From positions 272,195-336,194 of the forward strand of contig JAWQFM010000018.1 of assembly GCA_033442325.1 (NCBI GenBank): DNA of 64,000 nt. Direction: 5' to 3'. A program made the translations under genes and the position numbers. The notes under the pieces were generated by a model. That model saw only the letters and a list, made by a program, of their open reading frames with translations, had not been told where the DNA came from and did not search any database. The DNA is from Salpingoeca rosetta. Taxonomy: Eukaryota; Protista; Choanoflagellata. The first letter of the stretch is position 1; each line of letters opens with the position of its first letter. This document shows positions 1 to 17,900 of the stretch, one piece after another.

Positions 1-26
1 CTAACTACGTAGCGACACAACAACTA

Positions 27-84
<58 letters not shown>

Positions 85-267
85 AACAAGCGGCATGTGC
101 TGCTACTGCACACGTTTTCGCGTCGTCATGCAACACGCACACACAGACATACACACATACGTGCACACATGCACCCATACACATGGCCCTTTCTCTTGAT
201 TTTCCTCAGCCTCACGTCCAACCATACCACACCAACACCAAACCGATCAACACCAAATCATGTTCAG

Positions 268-928
268 AACTATCCTGTGCCGGACAACCAGCCTGTCATC
301 AAACTCATCTCTCCGAAAGAAGGGCCCATGACCAAGATCAAGGTAACAACAATAAAAAGGGGGTGGTAACAGGGGAGGAGGGTTTGTTGTAGTTGTGGTG
401 GTTGTGGTTGTAGTTGTGGTGTTGGGCGTTTGTTGTTGGGTGTGATTGGCAGGTTTTGTGCGATTTCGCTCTCCTCTGCTGCTGCAAGTGTGTGCTTGCT
501 TTCACCATGCACACACGCCCACAGCTCCACGCGTGAACATTACGTTGCTCATCACATGCGTCTTTATGCATGTGTGTCTGCATTTCGGTGATGATTGCAG
601 AAGGACAGGGATGTTGCCTCATCTCCAAGTGCGTGCTGAGATTGGTGTCACATGTTTTGCTCCACTTCCGCATAGATGCGTGTTTTGTTTTGTTTTGTTT
701 TGGTTTGGTTTGGTTTGGTTTGTTTTGGTTTGTTTTGGTTTGGTTTGTTTTGTTTTGTTTTGCTTTGCTTGCTTGCTTGCTTGCTTGTTTGTTTGTTTGT
801 GTGTGTGTGTGTGTTACTTGCGCGTTACTCCCCTCCCATGTGTCTTTGCATCGCTTCCATTCCTCATTATGCCACGTGCGCCCTGTGATGGCGTTCCCCC
901 TTGTTTCCAGAAACACTTCGCACGATGA
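268..928 (+). CDS. Possible 3' exons of a gene entering from the left (NYPVPDNQPVIKLISPKEGPMTKIK | KHFAR*)
   Basis: Acceptor ttcag|268, donor AAG|gtaaca at 342, acceptor ttccag|911 with stop at 928. No recognisable domain. Confidence 0.25.
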
Positions 929-1191
929 TGGTCCGGTCAGACACAGCCCAAGGTGAACATGACACACGTGGACGTGCATGCGCTACTTTGCTTGCCGAAT
1001 TTGTTGTTCTGACTTGCACGTGCGTGCAAAGTGCGCTTCACGTTTGTCTTCGCTGCTCACCCCACCATCCTTCGCCGCCTTCATCACTCTTCGCGCCTCT
1101 CACGCTCCCGCCACAATTGCCACTGTCACCACCACTTCCACCACCGCTGTTAACAGAGCAACTGTCTGCTGCGGCGCAGGCGGTGGTTGCG

Positions 1192-1530
1192 ATGGACAAG
1201 AAACTGATGATCCCCTGTGGTTCAAAAGTGTCCCGGCGCAAGTTCAAGGGTCGCAGCCGCTCCGAGCCGGCCCAGTCCGTGATGGAGGGGTTCCTCATGA
1301 AGGTGCGCAGATATGCAGATGTGCGCAGATGTATTAATGTGTGTGTATGTGTGTGTATGTGTGTGTATGTGTGTGTATGTGTATGTGTGTGTGCGACTTG
1401 CGTCTTGGTGACTGTCCAACCACCCACCACCATCAGTACCTCCTGCTCATCCAGCTTCACAATCATCATCCCCACCACCACCACCACTCCGACTATGACT
1501 TCAACTACTACAACGACAACTACAACTACA

Positions 1531-1561
<31 letters not shown>

Positions 1562-2733
1562 TTGTTGTTGCTGCCCTTCTCTGCCAACAGGAGGGCGGGA
1601 GCCACAAGTCGTGGAAGCTGCGCTGGTTTGTGCTCGCTGACTCTGAGCTTGTCTACTTCAAGTCAGCCTCGTCCGAGGTGTGCGCGTTTTTGTCATTGGC
1701 CGTGATGGTGATGGTGATGGTGATGGTGATGGTGATGGTGATGGTGATGGTGATGGTGATGGGTTGTTTCTTGACAGGCGTCAAGGGTGTGCTTTCCTTG
1801 TCATGTGCAAGCGCCATTCTTCATTCTTCACTGTTCAGCTTGCTGGGATCCGTTCTTGTCTCATATTATTCACTCCTTCATTCACTCACGTGTCTCCTCC
1901 TCCCCCGATTCCATCCACGAACCAACATCACGACCACGACCACGACCACGACCAACTAGACACCGCTTGGCCTGCTTGACCTCGCTGACTACAAGCTCTG
2001 CCGGTCTGCAAGGCTGAAGGAGAAGTCGTGCGGCATTGAGCTGGTGCCCGAAAAACCCGGCGCACGCGTGTACATCATGTCTGCTGCAAAGTCAGTCGCT
2101 GCTGTTTGCTGTGCTATGTGTGTGTGTGTGTGTGTCCATGTGTGTGCGTGTCCATGTGTGTGCGTGTCCTTGTGTGTGTCCGTGTGTGTCCGTGTGTGTG
2201 TTCATGTGCCTGCGCCACTCAAACAATCAGGCAACTATTTTTCTGCTTCTCACACTCCGCCCTTTGCGACCACTCGACCTCGTCACCCCTGATGTGGCAG
2301 TGAGGAGGAGCGAAAGCGGTGGGTGCACGCCATCGATAGCGCCATCCCGACGCGCCGCCCGTATGCACAGCGCATCGCCCTCCTCCGCGATCTCATTCAC
2401 CACTTGCAGGAGATTGGCGGAACAAAGGAGGACATCTTCCGGTATGTGTGTGTGCTTTTGTGTGTGCTTGCGCTTGTGTGTGTGTGCTTGTGCTTGTGTG
2501 TATGCTTGTGCTTGTGCTTGTGTGTGTGTGTGTGTGTGCTTGTGTGTGTGTGTGTGTGTGTATGCGATGAGAACCAAGACCCCTCGATAATACGGCCCAC
2601 ATATTGTCAGATCGCCTCACAATGACATCAACTGATTGCAACAACACCTCTGTCGCGGCGTGTGTGTGCAGGGTGTCGGGATCTGAGCAGCACATCAAAC
2701 GCCTTCTTCACAACTTTGAACTCCGCCGTCCAT

Positions 2734-2798
<65 letters not shown>

Positions 2799-3091
2799 AC
2801 GCTGTTCGTATTGTACGTGTCTTTGTTATCAGTGACCAGTGTTGCATTGTACAAACCCACTTGCTCACGCACGTGCACACACATGCACGCACACATGCAC
2901 ACACGCTGCTGTGCCAGGTGGAGGAGATTGTCAACCCATACACGCTATCTGGCCTGATCAAGAAGATCCTGAAGACGTGTGCGGTCGGGCCGCTGCTGCC
3001 GGCGAGTGCACAGGAGCTCATGCAGCGCGTGGTTGAGAATGACGTCGCCGACGACGCACAGGTGCGGACTCCTCAAGGAGACGCGGTACAG

Positions 3092-3142
<51 letters not shown>

Positions 3143-3968
3143 CTTTGAGTGTGAGAAGGGAACTTTCTTTTCTTCTGCTAGTTTCACCGTCCACGTTCAC
3201 ACCTGTACTCATCGCCTCACACTTTCCCTACGGTCCTGCTTTCCGCATTTCAGCTGCACTCCATCCGAGCCATCTTCAACAGCGAGCTCATGACAATGGA
3301 CGAGCACAAGATCCTCTGCGATCTCACCACACTCTTCCACACGGTGCGATTTTCATTGTGTCCTCTCTTTGCCCCTTTTGTTGTTATATTCACACACTCT
3401 GCTTGAAAGCCTGTTTCTTTTCTCCTGTTCTTGCACCTTCGTTCTCAATGGCATATCCCGCTCGTATGCCTCGTCCCGCCTCGTGTTTTCCCCTCACCAC
3501 CACCACCACTGCTCACCACCACCACGACGACGACGACCACCACCACCATCATCACCACTACCAGGTCCTTGACCACGCTGCGCTCACCAACACAACCATC
3601 GACGAGATTGCGCTGTCGTTCGGTTCGTTTCCACCACTTTGCTGTTGCTGTTGCTTCCGCTGCTGTTGTTGTCAAGCTGCCGCCGACGTTGTTGTCCAAG
3701 TCGTTGTTGTTCCAGTATGCCGTGAACAACCGACGTCGTGATCAACTCACGTGCTTCGTGTTGCTGGACCACGCTCCACTCCAAACCACCCCTTCTCCCG
3801 TTCTTTGGTTGGCGCACTCCCACACTTGCTCATGTCACGACACCTTCCCCAGGCAAAGCGCTGTTCCCGAACATGGCTGACGAGTGGGCGCACCAGGTGC
3901 TTCACCTGCTCATCAGCCACTCTGAAGAGCTTTTCCCGGACTGCCCTTGCGGCGGCAGCAACGAGTGA
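1192..3968 (+). CDS. PH domain + RhoGAP domain protein (about 9 exons)
   Basis: PH: MEGFLMK|EGGSHKSWKLRWFVLADSELVYFK...EEERKRWVHAI. GAP: EDIFR|VSG with the arginine finger, PYTLSGLIKKILK, HLLISHSEELF. GT-AG junctions keep the frame. Start codon tentative. Confidence 0.8.
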
Positions 3969-4144
3969 TGTAACACACTTCAACATAACACGACGCACCT
4001 CAGCACGACACACCTCAGCACGACAGACCTCAACCCTGTCCAATTGTTCCCTTCATCATCACGCGCTGCTTGCGGCTTATTGCTGCGTGTTCACGCGTGC
4101 GTGTCCATTGTCACTCCTGTTATCACTCCTGCGTGGGTGTTACG

Positions 4145-4207
<63 letters not shown>

Positions 4208-4450
4208 GTGTTCATCTACACCCTCTTCCCAAGCACTGGCTTGTGGGTTCAAGCACACATGCATCCGCAGCGCGTGTGCTCTTGAGTTTTGCTTTCTGCT
4301 TGCTGTTGTTTTTTCTTCTGAACGTCCAAAGCAAACGCATACGTGAACTCTTGCTTTCCTGTCATACATTCGCCTTTCCTTGTGTTGCAACGTTCGCTTC
4401 CTCGTCTCCACGTGTCTCGTGATCCTGCCCCCTTTGCAACTGTGTGTGTG

Positions 4451-4532
<82 letters not shown>

Positions 4533-4533
<1 letters not shown>

Positions 4534-4728
4534 CAGGTGCTGACCGGCTGTGCGTCGACATCGCATGCGGTGATGGCCTCCGAGATGAGATGCTGCACCC
4601 CAATCGAGTGCGTCCTGACGGCGGTGGCGGCGGTGGTGGTGTTGAACAAGCACGTGAGCAAGGACTAAATGGAGTACAAGGCCATCATAGAAACGCAAAT
4701 CACCGCAACCTCGCACGCACACACACAC

Positions 4729-4812
<84 letters not shown>

Positions 4813-6129
4813 ACGTACGCGTATGCGGGGGTGTTGTTTGTGGGCGCCTGGCGGGAGAAGAGGGCCGGTGTGAGGCGGCTGAAGGTGGTGGAATTGTCCG
4901 CTTTGGCAGCGGGCTTCTGCTCCAGGTCCTGTTTTGGGGGCGTGATCTCTTCGTCAACGACATCGACGAGCGAATACTCCTGCGGGTTGAACAGCGATTC
5001 CGTGATCTTGTACCTGACAAGTGGCGGTGTGGAATGTGGTGTGATGTGTGGCGTAAGGTGAGCACTTTGCATCCCCACGAGAGGGTGATAGAATCACAGG
5101 GAGATAGACACAGGGGAAGACAGGGGCACACACACGCACGCACACGCACACACGCACGCACACACGTGGGGACAGTAAAGCAAGTGTCCGCACCTCTCAA
5201 TGCCCCAGTTCTTGTTGTATCCTGAAGGGAATTCGTAGTGCGTTGTCGGTATGCTTGCAAGCACCCTTGGGTACACAGCAGTCACAGTGAGTGATGGCGT
5301 GGTGAGTCATGGGCGTGCTGGAGTGCGACTAGAAGCACGGTCGAGTGGCATCAATTGTGAGCGTGCACACATGGCGGCAGCCACGTCAATCAAGAGCGCA
5401 TGTGCGCGTGTGTGTGTGTGTGCTTACTGCTCGTTGTATGCCTGGTCGCTGACGCGGCACACGGACATTTGAAAGTCGCGGATGACCTCCTGTGGTGATG
5501 GGGAGGAAAGAGGCAGGGGAGAACGTTGGTGTTGGTGGGAGACAAGCACGCTGGAATGCAGCCACATGTACACAGACACAGACATAGACACACACACAGA
5601 CACAGGCACAGACAGACACACACAGACGCACTCGAGACAACGCATGTGCTGCAATAATTGAGAGCGCACCCGCTTCATGTATCGCATGTACGAGTCTGTG
5701 ACGTCCGGGAACGACGCCTTTTTCTTCCACCTGGGTAGCTCCTCCTCCTCCACCGCCGTCTAAATGCATGCAGGCAATCGCAGCAGCGATGGTGGCGGTG
5801 GCGGTGGTTAGTGTCGGGGATGGTGTTGTTGCAGTGTGGTGTGGGATGATGAGGGATCTACGTGATACAAGGACAACGTCACCAATACATTGTCTTCACC
5901 TACACATGCGCGCGCATGTACTGGCATGCAGACGTGTAAAATACACTCTCTTTCCTTCAAGTAGAGCGCATCAAGATGAACAAGATTAAGATCAACGTCG
6001 GCCCAGAGGGTGGTACCTTGTCGCCAATCATGGTGCTTGGCACGGGGTCGATGCCAAGGTCCTTGAAGAGCTTCTCAAACTGGTCTGTGATAAAGTTGCC
6101 GGCAAGCTTGCTGCGACGTACACCTGCAG

Positions 6130-6169
<40 letters not shown>

Positions 6170-6421
6170 GCGCGCGCGAATTTGATTACCGATATCGTCA
6201 TGATCATCATGATCATCGTCATTGTCGTGGTTAGAGAGTGTGCGGTTGTCGGCGCTCGCGGACAACAACAATACGCCCCCACACCGCCAGCCCTTCCGTG
6301 ACCTTCCAACCCCCTGCTGGTCTCACCTTGCGTGAGGACGTAACCGTCGTAGACGGGGGCGACGGTGGTGTACTCCGCACCGGAATCAACCACTAGCGAC
6401 GTGCCGCGCCCATTCGCAAAG

Positions 6422-6456
<35 letters not shown>

Positions 6457-7142
6457 CACGTGAACATGTGAGCACGAGCATATGTTTGCACGTGCACATG
6501 TGGAGGCAAATCATAGCAACAGACCTGCTGACGACGGGTGATTTGACCATGAAGAATGCGGGGACATTGAACTTCTCAAACACGATCTCCGTCATGCGTT
6601 GGCGGTCGGCTTTTGTGTTCCACTGCACGCAGCACGTGAGCACATACGCGGGTATGTACACACAGGGGCACACACGCAGACACATGCACACATGCAGACA
6701 CAATTACGCAGACACACAGCCACACAGACATGCACGCAGACAGATGCATGTGTGCGCCATGTAGAAACAGCCGTAAGTATGTGCAAAGGCAATCATCAGC
6801 GGCATGGACAACAGACACTCGCATGTGCGTCTGCAGTGAGCGGTCTGTGCTAGACATTCAGGGATAACAAGAGGCATCGGCACGCCGTACCGCGGGCTCG
6901 ACGAGCATGAGGGGGCGGTCTTTCGGGTCGCAGTTGAGGGAGGAGGTGTATGTGTGCTCCAGCAGCGTCTCAATCACATCCCAGTCGTCAACTGCCCCCG
7001 CCACCAAGAGCAAAGCAATAACCATGAGGGAAAGCACGTGTCAGTAACACATGTTTGTGCGCGAGCGACATCGTCGGCATATGTTCAAAGTTACACAAAA
7101 ACGTGGCGGTACACGCACATTTGCGCAAATGCAGAATGACAC

Positions 7143-7202
<60 letters not shown>

Positions 7203-8060
7203 ACACACACACAGACACACAGACAAAAGTTGAGCAGCAACACAGCACTGCCATCCCCCACCCTGCCTGAGCACGTACCGAGCCCGTTCTTGATGGGGTT
7301 CTTGAGTTCACGACCTGTCTTGGGAAACGTGATGCGAGACGTGCCCACGCTGTACAGTGGTCGCTTCTCTGGAACACATTCAACAAACAGCCGAAGAGTC
7401 AGGGTAAAGTCATGCGGTAAGCGGTTAAGTTCTGGGGCATGGCAACAGCGTGCGTGTTGCAGTTGCGCCCTCGCTCACCACCACGCAGAAACACACAGAC
7501 GCACACACACACACACACACACACTTGTTGAGTCTTCGGAAGTGTCCATGTCGCTCGCGCTTTGCTCTGCCGCTGGGTCATAGCCAACGGTCGTTGGCAC
7601 GACGCTCTGTTGTTGAATGAAGACGTGAAGCAGCATTGTTGCCGGGTGAGTGTACATGCAAGTGCTTGCACAGCTAAAATTGCAGACACCACCCACACAT
7701 AGACATACATGCACACGCACATGCACACGTATGCACACGTATGCACACGCACAGCCAAACCAACCCTCCCCTAACCCCACGCAATGCATGCTTCACCTTT
7801 GGTGTGTCCTCGCCGGCAAAGCCAGCCTTGAAGGTGTAAGAGCCGATGTCAAGTACAACGGCGCCAACCTCATCTACAGTCGATATCACAACAACGCGCA
7901 GGCATGTTAGGAGAGCGCGCAAGTGACAACGGTGCGTGCAGCAGTGAACAATCCCACCACCCAGTTGGTACACATCACGCGCCTAAAACATGTGTGTGTG
8001 TGTGCCTCTCTCTCTCCACGCTCTTCTTATCTCACCTCCACCATAGACGGCTCCCGACAT
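4533..8060 (-). CDS. ARP4: Nuclear actin-related protein ARP4/BAF53 (ACTL6); C-terminal ~90 aa not found
   Basis: MSGAVYGG|[26 protein letters not shown] matches the ACTL6 N-terminus. Also [34 protein letters not shown] and [11 protein letters not shown]. Confidence 0.9.
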
Positions 8061-8345
8061 GGCTGGCTGTTTGCGCAAGCGTTAAATGAACAGCAACAAC
8101 GACAACAAGCGGGTGATCGTCCCGGCACTGATCACACAAGAAGGGGGTGCGAGTGGTGGGTGGCTGCTGCTCGCTGGATGTTGCGAGGAAGGTTGGTTGG
8201 TTGGTTGGTTGGCGCTTTTCTCGTTGTTGTGGCCGTGGTGGATAGGGAGAAATATGGAATGACATGCATAAATTTCAGCAACCCTGTCCGTTTGCGCGGT
8301 TGCGGTGTTGTTGTGTGTTGTGGTGTGGTGCGTTGTGGTGGTCGT

Positions 8346-8378
<33 letters not shown>

Positions 8379-8441
8379 GTGTGACGGCTGAGTTGTGGTG
8401 TGCATCAGCTTACAACAAGTGGTGTCAAGCAACCTTGAGCC

Positions 8442-13197
<4,756 letters not shown>

Positions 13198-14034
13198 TGA
13201 CATGACGCGGCTTTTGTTGTCAAACAATACACAGCGGTTCACAACTGTGACAGCAGAGAGAGAGTGTGTGTGAGAGAGAGTGTGTGTGTGTGAGAGAGAG
13301 AGTGAGAGAGAGAGTGTGTGTGTGTGTGTGTGTGTGAGTGAGTGAGAGGGAGAGAGAGAGTGTGTGTGTGTGTGTGAGTGAGAGAGAGAGAGAGTGTGTG
13401 TGAGTGAGAGTGGGGACAACAACGACAAACACAAACAAAAGCGCGGCTGTGGTTTTGCTGACTCGGCAAAAAGTTGCATGATCTTGCTGACGTCTGCGAG
13501 AGCAAGAAATCAAAACAAACAACAAGCAGCAGCAAGAGAAAAGGATTGGGTTTGTTTGTGTTTTGATGTGGACGATGACATGCAAGTTGGGTGGCACGTT
13601 TCGTGCCTTGCTGCTTGCTGCTTCTGATGACCTTTTCCTTCTTTGCTGCTTTTTGAACCTACCAACCAAACACCAACGCAAGCAACAAAAGAACAAGAAG
13701 TCGATAAACAAACAGAAGGCCATCAGGGACTTGTTGCCTTGCTTGTGCTTGTTGCTTGTTGCTTCTTGTTGCTTCTCGCTTCTCGCTGCTGCTGCACATA
13801 CTTGTCTGGGCATCTTTCTTTCACCTTGTTCATTTTCTTCCAATCACCATCACACCAACCAGAGCAACGTCTAGCAACTACAGCGTACAGCGCACACGCC
13901 GACACTCGATCAGTGGAACCCACGTTCTCCGCTTTCTCCGCTTCACTCCCGCCGCAAAACCACATCCCCCCCCCCACCCCACCACTCCGGCCTTTGACCA
14001 GCTTCGTCGACGCTCGAGCAGCCACTTGTTCAAG

Positions 14035-14304
14035 ATGACGCACACGCACCGCCGGAAGGCCAACAAGCACGACGGCTATGATCACCACAGCGCAGGCAAC
14101 CACCACACCTCGAAGAAGCACGGCTTTGGGTCGTACAACTGGGGCAAGCCCGGCGCAGAGATGGACGACGTGCCGGTGCTGGACAAGGGCGACCCCATGT
14201 ACGACGAGGAGCAGGGCCACGTGCCACGCTCCAAGAGCCGCACCTCGTCCACCTCGTCCACAGACTCCAACCCGTCCCCAAAGGTCCGCGTCGTCTCCAA
14301 GTGA
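14035..14304 (+). CDS. 89-aa intronless basic protein with an STF2/TMA10- and PDCD4-N-like motif
   Basis: Good start context caagATG, GC3-rich codons, motif KKHGFGSYNWGKPGAEMDDVPVLDKGDPMYDEE. Confidence 0.7.
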   Translation: MTHTHRRKANKHDGYDHHSAGNHHTSKKHGFGSYNWGKPGAEMDDVPVLDKGDPMYDEEQGHVPRSKSRTSSTSSTDSNPSPKVRVVSK

Positions 14305-14975
14305 GCACCGCGACGGTGGCGGTGGCGGCAAATCACAAAGTGATGACATGACTGAATTGAAGCAAGCCCACCACCATCACAACAACCGACAACGACGACC
14401 ACGTCCCCTGCCTCGCTCGATGCATCAACGCACCCACTTTGTGTTTGTTGACGTCGCCATACGGGTGCCATCACTTTGGCTGCTGCTTCTCTTCTCTTCT
14501 CCTCCACTCCTCCTCTTCTTTGCTTATTTCTCAATTCACATAGTTGCCTTTCCTGTTGCGTGCTTCCCTCTCGTGTTTAACCGCCCTCCTGTGCTCTGCT
14601 GTCTTTGAACTTGATTTGATGCATCTCGATACACTTGCTTGTGATTTGTGCGCGCGCGTTTGGGATGAACAAGAGGCAGCGTGCACAGCTGTGCTGGCGG
14701 TTGGCTGTTTCGTTCTCCGCTCTTCCCATATTCTTGCTTGGTTGTGTTCGTCGTGGTGTCGTGGTCTGACATTGATGTTTTGATTGCGCCACCGTGATGG
14801 AATAACAACGAAGTAAACGTGCACCGTGGCATTTGATGGCATACGACAACGCAGGCAGATGGACGCATGTAAAGCCGCCACAACGTGCGTGAACTTAAGG
14901 TAAGCAGGCAAAGAAAGCAACAGAGGAACCGAAAGAAACGCACACACACACACACACACACAACGATGAGCGCAC

Positions 14976-17900
14976 CTACACCCAATACACAGTGGAAAGC
15001 ATGAGTGCAATCACAATAGCAAGGACGGCAACAGTGGCCTGGGCAACGCGCTGCAATGGGGCGAAGAAGAAGACAGGGACACAGTGTGAGATGGCAAAAA
15101 AAGCAAAGCAGGCGTGAATGACAAAGGCGCATCGACCGGAGCCAAACACAGCACATGAACACACGATGTACACGAACAAAGAGTACTTGCAGACACACAC
15201 ACACACACACGCAGAGCACGCGTGTCTAACCTTTTCCGAGGAGTAAGCCCGCAGTAGCTGCTGCAGTTGCTGCTTCTCCGCCTCAGTGGTCTGCACGTGC
15301 TCGCTGTCGGCAGCCCTGGTGGCCTCCACTTGCTTCCTCAGCGCCGCGCTCTCTTGGTTGGCCGCACGCAGCTGCTCGTCCATGCGCTTCGCTGCCGCTG
15401 CCGCCTCCTCTTTGAGTCGCGAGCACTGCTTCTCAAGCGACTCGGCCCGCTTGCTGGCGGCCTGGCGTGCCTTATCCTGCTTTGCATCCTCGCCCTTCCG
15501 CTGCTTCGACAGCGCGTCCTTCTCCTTTGTCAGCTTGTCAACCTTCTTCTTCAGTGCCGCCAGCTCTTGTGCAGACTGCTTCGATGCGTCCTCGCTGCCC
15601 TTCTTCGCCGCATCGACCGCTTGTTGGAGCTCCTCCTTCTCCTTCTTCAGCGCATCAAGTTGTGCCTGCAGCGCACCCACGGCCTCCTCCTTCTCCTTCT
15701 TCAACACATCCACCTGCTGCTGCAGTGCGCTCACAGCCTCCTCCTTCTCCTTCTGCGCTGTTGCCACTCGCTCCTGTGCCTCCTCCTTCTCCTTCTTCAG
15801 CGCATCACGTTGTGCCCGCAGTGCACCCACGGCCTCCTCCTCCTCCTTCTTCAGCGCATCAAGTTGTGCCTGCAGTGCACCCACGGCCTCCTCCTTCTCC
15901 TTCTTCAGCGCATCAAGTTGTGCCTGCAGTGCACTCTCGCCCTCGCTCTGCGTCTTCTTCAACGCATCCACCTGCTGCTGTAGTGCGCTCACAGCCGCCT
16001 CCTTCTCCTTCTGTGCGGTTGCCACTCGCTCCTGTGCCTCCTCCTTCTCCTTCTTCAGCGCATCAAGTTGTGCCTGCAGTGCACTCTCGCCCTCGCTCTG
16101 CGTCTTCTTCAACGCATCAAGTTGTTGCTGCAATGCGCTCACAGCCACCTCCTTCTCCTTCTGCGCTGTTGCCACTCGCTCCTGTGCCTCCTCCTTCTCC
16201 TTCTTCAGCGCATCACGTTGTGCCCGCAGTGCACCCACGGCCTCCTCCTTCTCCTTCTTCAGCGCATCAAGTTGTGCCTGCAGTGCACTCTCGCCCTCGC
16301 TCTGCGTCTTCTTCAACGCATCAAGTTGTTGCTGCAATGCGCTCACAGCCACCTCCTTCTCCTTCTGCGCTGTTGCCACTCGCTCCTGTGCCTCCTCCTT
16401 CTCCTTCTTCAGCGCATCAAGTTGTGCCTGCAGTGCACCCACGGCCTCCTCCTTCTCCTTCTTCAGCGCATCAAGTTGTGCCTGCAGTGCACTCTCGCCC
16501 TCGCTCTGCGTCTTCTTCAACGCATCCACCTGCTGCTGCAGTGCGCTCACAGCCTCCTCCTTCTCCTTCTGCGTTGTTGCCACTCGCTCCTGTGCCTCCT
16601 CCTTCTCCTTCTTCAGCGCATCAAGTTGTGCCTGCAGTGCACCCACGGCCTCCTCCTTCTCCTTCTTCAGCGCGTCAAGTTGTGCCTGCAGTGCACTCTC
16701 GCCCTCGCTCTGCGTCTTCTTCAACGCATCCACCTGCTGCTGCAGTGCGCTCACAGCCTCCTCCTTCTCCTTCTGCGCTGTTGCCACTCGCTCCTGTGCC
16801 TCCTCCTTCTCCTTCTTCAGCGCATCAAGCTGTTGCTGTAGTGCACTCTCGCCCTCATTCTGCGTCTTCTTCAACGCATCCACCTGCTGCTGCAGTGCGC
16901 TCACAGCCTCCTCCTTCTCCTTCTGCGCTGTTGCCACTCGCTCCTGTGCCTGCTTGCGTTCTTGTTCAAACTCGCCTTGAAGCTCCTCCCTCACGGCTGC
17001 GTCACGCTTACGTTTCGCATCCTCCTCTCCCTCCTCGTGTGCGCGTACCCGAGCCTGTAGCCCCGCAATCGTCTGCTGCGACGCCGCCAGCTGTGCCGTC
17101 AGCGCATCCAGTGTCAATTGCATTTCGCTGACCGCCGCCTTCATCGCCTCCGCCTCTGCTCCCGTCACTCGAGCAGCCGCACCCTCGTCACCGGCTGCAC
17201 CAGCAACAACACTGCTGCTACTGCTGCTGCTACTGGTGGTGGTGGCGGCGGCGTGTCGCGATGGCGTGTGCATTCCCGCCAACACGCTGTCGCTGCCCTG
17301 CTGTCCATCCACATCGGGCGGTGTGCACAGCGCGTCTGTAATCTCCTCCTCGCTCGCGCCCTTCTCGCGCAACAGTGCAACGGCGCCCTGCAGCTGGTGG
17401 TGCACGTGCATCTGCTGGGTAACAATCTCCTCCTGTTGCTGCACGGCGCGGCGGCGGAGCTCAAAGCACGCGTCCAGCGAGTGTCGCATTGTCTCAAGCT
17501 GCTCCTCAGACAGCGAATCGTCAAGATGCGCCTGCACAGAGAAAATGTTCCCGGAGAGGGGGTGTTATATTGTGTGTGCATGTGTATGTGTGCATGTGTA
17601 CGTGCATGTGTGCATGTGTATGTGAATACGTGTATGTATGCATGCGTATGTGTGCGTGTGTCTGCACGGTTTTGCTAGCGCTGATAACCACCACCACCAC
17701 ATCGCATCACCATCATGAACAAAGGGTGCATTTGCAAGCCAACTCACGCCTGAGGTGATGTTGCCCCATTCCTTTTCGTTGAGCGGCGAAAAGACATCAA
17801 AGCTCGCCATGCGGAGGAGGTCCTGCAGTGCATGCATGCACGCACGTGGTCGTGGAGAGACAAGAGGGCCCAGGAGTGTTGAAGTTGGGTGGTGAGGCTT

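Noticed and set aside
15620-16950. Regular repeats resembling a CRISPR array
   Set aside because: In-frame coding modules with no unique spacers and no cas genes.
15267-17131. Long + strand ORFs (564 and 554 aa)
   Set aside because: Antisense shadows of the coiled-coil repeat.
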